A DNA stretch of 51,482 nucleotides, from sequence record DRR723986_9379; one strand, 5' to 3'. Positions 46,457-51,482 of the stretch are shown piece after piece. The translations under genes and the position numbers were made by a program. The notes under the pieces were generated by a model. That model did no database searches and was not told where the DNA came from. It saw only the letters and a list, made by a program, of their open reading frames with translations. The stretch's first letter is position 1. Each line of letters begins with the position of its first letter.

Positions 46457-47512
46457 ATGCGCTGGTACGCTTTTTTACTTTATCCTTTTGCTTTATTGTA
46501 CGATTTGGTCACGAGACTTCGGAATTGGTTTTTCGATTTGGGCTGGCTGAAAAGTGTTCCTTCGCCTATTACGAGTATAGTAATTGGGAATTTGAGTGTG
46601 GGCGGGACTGGCAAAACTCCCATGGTGGAATACCTTATCAGAAAGCTTCAGAAAGAATGGAAGGTAGCCTCACTAAGCCGAGGGTATGGCCGGAAAACCA
46701 AAGGGTTTCTTGAGGCTAACAACCAGATTGCCCCACAGGAAATTGGCGATGAACCATTTCAGATTTATCAAAAGTTTGGTGAGGAGATCTCGGTATTTGT
46801 AGGAGAAGATCGAGTGAATGCACTTGAAAGAATAGTGTCGAAGACAGACTTTCCAGAGTTGGTTATTTTAGATGATGCCTATCAGCATCGCTATGTGACC
46901 GGAGATTTGACTATTCTTTTGACTACTTATCAAAAGCCATTTTTCTCGGACTTTCTTTTGCCAATGGGAAGATTGAGAGAGAGCAGATCTGGTGCGAAAA
47001 GAGCTGATGTGATCATCGTTACCAAATGTCCAGAAGGTATCTCTGACTTGGAAAAGAATAGGTTTAGGAAGGAGTTTTCCAAATATAAACGTTCTGGGAT
47101 ACCCGTACTTTTTTCATTCATTTCTTATGGAGAACCGATTCCAATAGTAGATTCGACTCCTTTTTCATCTAAAATTATATTGTTGACAGGACTGGCAAAT
47201 GACCAAGCTCTTGTGGAATTTGTCGAGAAAAAATTTAAACTGCTTGAAGTCATCAGATATCCAGATCATCATGATTATTCAACGACAGATTTTCAAAAAA
47301 TTCAAGCGTTGGTAAAGCAACTGGCTGGACAAAATCCCGTTGTATTAACAACTGAAAAAGATGCTGTGAAAGTTAAATCCAATGCACCCAAAGGTTTTCT
47401 GAAAGAAATTCCGATTTTTGTGCTTCCCATTGAAGTAAGGTTTTCTGCTAATGATGAACTTACTCTAGCCGAACTAATCCAACAAAAGGCCTTCAAAAAA
47501 GGCAATAACTAA
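46457..47512 (+). CDS. lpxK: Tetraacyldisaccharide 4'-kinase
   Basis: GNLSVGGTGKTP, SRGYGR, GDEP, LDDAYQH, LRE, YPDHH and TTEKD motifs. Likely start ATG 46457. Confidence 0.95.
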   Translation: MRWYAFLLYPFALLYDLVTRLRNWFFDLGWLKSVPSPITSIVIGNLSVGGTGKTPMVEYLIRKLQKEWKVASLSRGYGRKTKGFLEANNQIAPQEIGDEPFQIYQKFGEEISVFVGEDRVNALERIVSKTDFPELVILDDAYQHRYVTGDLTILLTTYQKPFFSDFLLPMGRLRESRSGAKRADVIIVTKCPEGISDLEKNRFRKEFSKYKRSGIPVLFSFISYGEPIPIVDSTPFSSKIILLTGLANDQALVEFVEKKFKLLEVIRYPDHHDYSTTDFQKIQALVKQLAGQNPVVLTTEKDAVKVKSNAPKGFLKEIPIFVLPIEVRFSANDELTLAELIQQKAFKKGNN

Positions 47513-49471
47513 GTGAATAAACGGATACTCTGTTTCATATTTTTCTTCAGTGTCGTGAGTTTAACCTCCGCTTTTGCACAGGTTATTGCTCCCCCGACAC
47601 GGAAAAACCCAAATCAACAGCAAAATCGTGAGCGAGTAATTCCTCAGGAAGAGGAGGAAGCAGGGGAGAGAAAATCTTTGTTGGATGATAGTACCAGGAT
47701 GGTTTATGGGCCTACTACGAGTTTGTACTTTTTTGAAAAGGATATCAAGCGTAATAACCTGATTCTCTACCCGCAGGATACTGTGTTGAATAATTTTCAT
47801 AATTATTCACCTGTGGAAAAAAGCAATTGGAAATATCAAGATCTCGGGAATATTGGCAGTGCTGCGAAGCCTATTTTCTATGAGATTCCGGATGTTATAG
47901 GAACTAGATCTGGATTTTCGGTATACGATTTATACTATCATGCCCCGGAAGACAATAAATATTTCGATACGAAATCACCCTTTACGGAAATGTCTGCCTT
48001 TTTTGGCGGAGGTCAGCGAAATATGTTGGATTTGGCTTTTGCCAGAAATATAAACCCAAGATGGAATGTGGGGTTTGATTTTCACACGATACGAGCTCGA
48101 AAGACTCTAAATCCAAATGCACGTGATGATAATATGGTGGTCCAGAATTCTTATTCTTTGCACACAAATTATCGATCGGAAAATGGGAAATATTGGTTTC
48201 TAGGTAATTTTTCCAGAATGCTTCACAAGGTGAATGAAATTGGAGGGATCATTCCTCCCAGTGTGGATAGCACTTCTGTTTATTTTACTTATGAAGATGC
48301 AAAGGTGTGGCTGAGTAATACGCAAGCGAGTGACTTACGTCAGGAGTATCGTTTTTATCATGAGTATAGTGTCCGTGATGAGCTGCAGATCTATCATATT
48401 TTTGATCAAAAGAATAACGACTTCACTTTATCAGCTGCTATGAATAGCAGCGATTCACTTTTCTTTCCTAGTGCTCGCCTAAATGCTCTGATGGATAGCA
48501 CCCAATTGGATACCACGAGGAATTATAGTGATTTCAAGGAATGGGGTAATGAAATAGGTTTTAAGGGGAGTTTTAAGGGTTTTTATTATAATGCTCATGC
48601 GAAGTTTCGCACAGGTAGGATGAAAAGCACCTTTTACCCTAAGAAAAATAACTTCAATGAGGTCTACTTGGGTGGAGAATTAATCGGGAAGATTTCTGAA
48701 AAATGGTCTATCAGTGCAGATGGAGAATACCTCATTCCAGGTGCTTTCAGACTTCACGGATTGTTTGTTTCTCCTTGGCTGGAAGTGGATTACACGAAGG
48801 CAGTTTACAAGCCTACCTCCATGCAGCAAATGTATTACGGGAATCATTACCAATGGGATAATAATTTTGATAACATTGGAGTGGATCAAGTCAGAGGAAT
48901 ATTTAAGATAGATTTCAATAAAATCCAGCTTAGGCCATCTTTGACAATTAACCGAGTAAATAATTATGTCTTCTTTAATGAGGACAGGGAAGCTGAGCAG
49001 GCAAGTGGAGAGGCTTTTATGTTGATTCCGGGCTTGAAATCCAGTATTAGAATTGGTCAAAAGTTTCAATGGGACACAGAAGTGATTTTCACTCAAATCT
49101 CAGGGGCATCAGGCGATGCTTTTAGGATTCCGCAGCTCTATGCGAATACTAAATTCTATTTTGACAGTCCAATGTTTAATGAAAATGTATATGTCCAGCT
49201 TGGGGTCGATATACGTTATCATTCAGATTATTTTGCTGATGCATATAATCCAGCCACTCAGCAGTTTTACCTACAGAATAATTTCAATATTTACGCCTAT
49301 CCAGTTGCTGATGTTTTCCTTGATTTCCGGATAAATCGTACGCGGGTTTTGTTAAAATATAATCACTTGAATAGTGGCTTGATGAATCAAGAAGGATATT
49401 TTGTAACACCAGATTACACAGGGTATAAGTCTTTTATAGACTTGGGGATAACTTGGTATTTGTTCGATTAA
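47513..49471 (+). CDS. Putative porin (Bacteroidota outer membrane beta-barrel)
   Basis: Signal peptide, DLGNIGS, YNPATQQFYLQ, C-terminal GITWYLFD. Confidence 0.8.
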   Translation: MNKRILCFIFFFSVVSLTSAFAQVIAPPTRKNPNQQQNRERVIPQEEEEAGERKSLLDDSTRMVYGPTTSLYFFEKDIKRNNLILYPQDTVLNNFHNYSPVEKSNWKYQDLGNIGSAAKPIFYEIPDVIGTRSGFSVYDLYYHAPEDNKYFDTKSPFTEMSAFFGGGQRNMLDLAFARNINPRWNVGFDFHTIRARKTLNPNARDDNMVVQNSYSLHTNYRSENGKYWFLGNFSRMLHKVNEIGGIIPPSVDSTSVYFTYEDAKVWLSNTQASDLRQEYRFYHEYSVRDELQIYHIFDQKNNDFTLSAAMNSSDSLFFPSARLNALMDSTQLDTTRNYSDFKEWGNEIGFKGSFKGFYYNAHAKFRTGRMKSTFYPKKNNFNEVYLGGELIGKISEKWSISADGEYLIPGAFRLHGLFVSPWLEVDYTKAVYKPTSMQQMYYGNHYQWDNNFDNIGVDQVRGIFKIDFNKIQLRPSLTINRVNNYVFFNEDREAEQASGEAFMLIPGLKSSIRIGQKFQWDTEVIFTQISGASGDAFRIPQLYANTKFYFDSPMFNENVYVQLGVDIRYHSDYFADAYNPATQQFYLQNNFNIYAYPVADVFLDFRINRTRVLLKYNHLNSGLMNQEGYFVTPDYTGYKSFIDLGITWYLFD

Positions 49472-50085
49472 TGATGAGTTGGGAAGAAAGTACACAGCAG
49501 AAGATGCTGAATTTGAAATTGCCGACTGATCCTAGATGGGTTGGAATAGCAGAAATGAATTTGCAGGATATTCTCACCGACCATGCTTACTGTGAGCAAA
49601 AGGCAGCTTCTTCTTGTATCAGTTTGATTTTGCGGTTTAACGATTTAGATGAATTGGTTGATACCTTAACTCCAATCGTCGCTGAAGAGTGGGGGCACTT
49701 TGAACGAGTTTTGGAGCAGATCCGATCTAGAGGGTTGGAGTTTGGATTTCCTAGAAAAGATGAATATGTGGTTCAGCTCACCAATTTTGTGAAGAAAGGA
49801 GGAAGTAGAATGCAGCAGCTTACCGAGCAATTACTAATGAATGCTTTAATCGAAGCGAGAAGTTGTGAACGATTTAAACTGCTTTCTAATAATCTGACAG
49901 ATCCAGAATTAAAGAAGTTTTATTACGAACTCATGGTGTCTGAAGCGGGGCATTATGTGACGTTCATCGAGTTGGCAAGAAAATACCAGGAACCTGCTAA
50001 AGTAAATGAAAGGTGGCAGGAATGGCAGGACTTCGAAGCTATGGTGATTAAGAAACTAGAAATTCGTGGAGATCGAATTCATTGA
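49471..50085 (+). CDS. miaE: tRNA-(ms2io6A) hydroxylase (ferritin-like)
   Basis: LKLPTDPRW, DHAYCEQKAA, EEWGHF, IEARSCERF and SEAGHY motifs. Start is ATG 49471 (TAATG overlap) or 49504. Confidence 0.9.
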   Translation: MMSWEESTQQKMLNLKLPTDPRWVGIAEMNLQDILTDHAYCEQKAASSCISLILRFNDLDELVDTLTPIVAEEWGHFERVLEQIRSRGLEFGFPRKDEYVVQLTNFVKKGGSRMQQLTEQLLMNALIEARSCERFKLLSNNLTDPELKKFYYELMVSEAGHYVTFIELARKYQEPAKVNERWQEWQDFEAMVIKKLEIRGDRIH

Positions 50086-50191
50086 GTGTATCTTAAATTT
50101 TCTAGACGAATAGTCATTTACCGCGTATTTATTTATTATTGACTTATCTAGTCACAATTGGCTTAAAAATCCGTTCTATTACGAACATATT

Positions 50192-51436
50192 ATGAATCTG
50201 ATCGAAAACGTACGTGAAGCCGTACGATCCATAAAAGTAAATTTACTAAGAACTGTTCTCACGGGAGCCATCATAGCCATCGGTATTTCATCTCTGGTAG
50301 GAATGCTAACAGCCATTGATGGTATTAAAACTCAAATTGCAGATAGTTTCTCTGGTTTGGGGGCTAATTCATTTGATATCAGAAATAAGGGATTTAGTGG
50401 TGGAAGAGCGATTCAAGATGGAAAGACTGAAAAGACTTACCCTAACCTTACCTTTCGAGAAGTGATGAGTTTCAAAGAGAAATACAATGAGATAGGTATT
50501 TCTACCGTGTTCGTTTCGGTGACTGGGTCTGCGGAGGTAAAAAGAGGTTCCAAGACCACAAACCCAAATGTTAGAGTTCGCGGGGGAGATGAGAATTATT
50601 TAGGTATTAAAGCTATGAAGCTTGGTTTTGGTAGAAATTTCACTGCCATGGAAGTGCAAAATGGTTATAACATTTGCATAATAGGTAAGGAGCTTAGAGA
50701 AACACTTTTTGAAGAAAATGAAGATCCGATCAATCAAAAAATAACCTTTTTGGGGAGACCATATACGGTAATCGGTATTTTGGAAAAACAAGGAGGTGTA
50801 GGGCCGGATCAAGGAGCTGATAGACAAATTCTGATACCTATTGAAAATGCCAGCCGACTGGATCAAAGAGGTAATTTCAACTACAATATCACAGGTATCG
50901 CTTCTGGTCCTGAACGCATTGATTACGAAATGGGCCAGGCAATAGGGATGATGAGAGAGATACGCCAAGATCGAGTTACGCAGGAAAATTCATTTGAATT
51001 AGCGAAAAGTGAATCTGTGGCCGAAAGCTTGGAAGAAGTTGCTGGTTATCTTAGGATGGGTGGTTTTGGAATTGGTTTTATCACCTTGCTAGGAGCTTCT
51101 ATCGGTTTGATGAACATTATGCTCGTATCTGTGACTGAGCGTACACGGGAAATAGGTATCCGTAAGGCACTTGGAGCCACACCACTCAGAATTAGGCAGC
51201 AGTTTCTTCTGGAAGCAATTATGATCTGTATACTTGGAGGAGCTATGGGCGTTCTCTTAGGGATATCCATTGGTAATATCATTGCCGCGGTGATTGGAGT
51301 AGGAGGGTTTTTGATTCCGTGGCTATGGATGATTGTAGCCTTTGTGATTTGTATAATCGTAGGGCTGATGTCTGGATATTTTCCAGCATTCAAAGCCTCC
51401 AAATTAGACCCTATAGAATCTTTGAGATACGAATAA
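50192..51436 (+). CDS. ABC transporter permease (MacB/FtsX family)
   Basis: [38 protein letters not shown] and DPIESLRYE motifs. Confidence 0.93.
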   Translation: MNLIENVREAVRSIKVNLLRTVLTGAIIAIGISSLVGMLTAIDGIKTQIADSFSGLGANSFDIRNKGFSGGRAIQDGKTEKTYPNLTFREVMSFKEKYNEIGISTVFVSVTGSAEVKRGSKTTNPNVRVRGGDENYLGIKAMKLGFGRNFTAMEVQNGYNICIIGKELRETLFEENEDPINQKITFLGRPYTVIGILEKQGGVGPDQGADRQILIPIENASRLDQRGNFNYNITGIASGPERIDYEMGQAIGMMREIRQDRVTQENSFELAKSESVAESLEEVAGYLRMGGFGIGFITLLGASIGLMNIMLVSVTERTREIGIRKALGATPLRIRQQFLLEAIMICILGGAMGVLLGISIGNIIAAVIGVGGFLIPWLWMIVAFVICIIVGLMSGYFPAFKASKLDPIESLRYE

Positions 51437-51482
51437 TTAAGACATAGTTATCATTAAAACAGGCCTCAAATTATAATTTGAG

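Noticed and set aside
48680-49096. 138-aa antisense ORF in the porin gene
   Set aside because: Shadow ORF with no independent signals.

Overview
AT-rich Bacteroidota chromosome segment. The gene content and promoter motifs resemble Cytophagales/Cyclobacteriaceae; this taxonomy is inference. Positions 1-~8200 look like the end of a decaying integrative island next to the 3' end of tmRNA (ssrA, 8214-8614, minus strand). The island carries an IntDOT-type tyrosine integrase, two decayed mer-associated remnants (merTP HMA domain and a GDCCVxC-family gene), and a HYC_CC_PP - cusA - tolC - DUF305 copper/silver efflux operon. The rest is mostly housekeeping: dnaX, mltD-like, M16 and M24 peptidases, rlmD, an SDR, a DUF4011/SF1 helicase followed by a hipBA-like toxin-antitoxin pair, a FAD/Fe-S oxidoreductase with an AraD1-family gene, a LysR-linked hut cluster interrupted by a Uma2 nuclease, menI-menF-menD, nif3/zinc-ribbon, lpxK-porin-miaE and an ABC permease. 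Two observations stand out. (1) dnaX is split at an A10 run followed by a hairpin, so the full-length tau subunit needs a -1 shift, the reverse of E. coli. (2) A Cys/His-rich secreted leader ORF with a C-terminal PP is joined to cusA by a closed RNA structure running from its stop codon to the cusA start, a candidate metal-sensing translational switch. All family assignments come from motif recognition; no searches were run.
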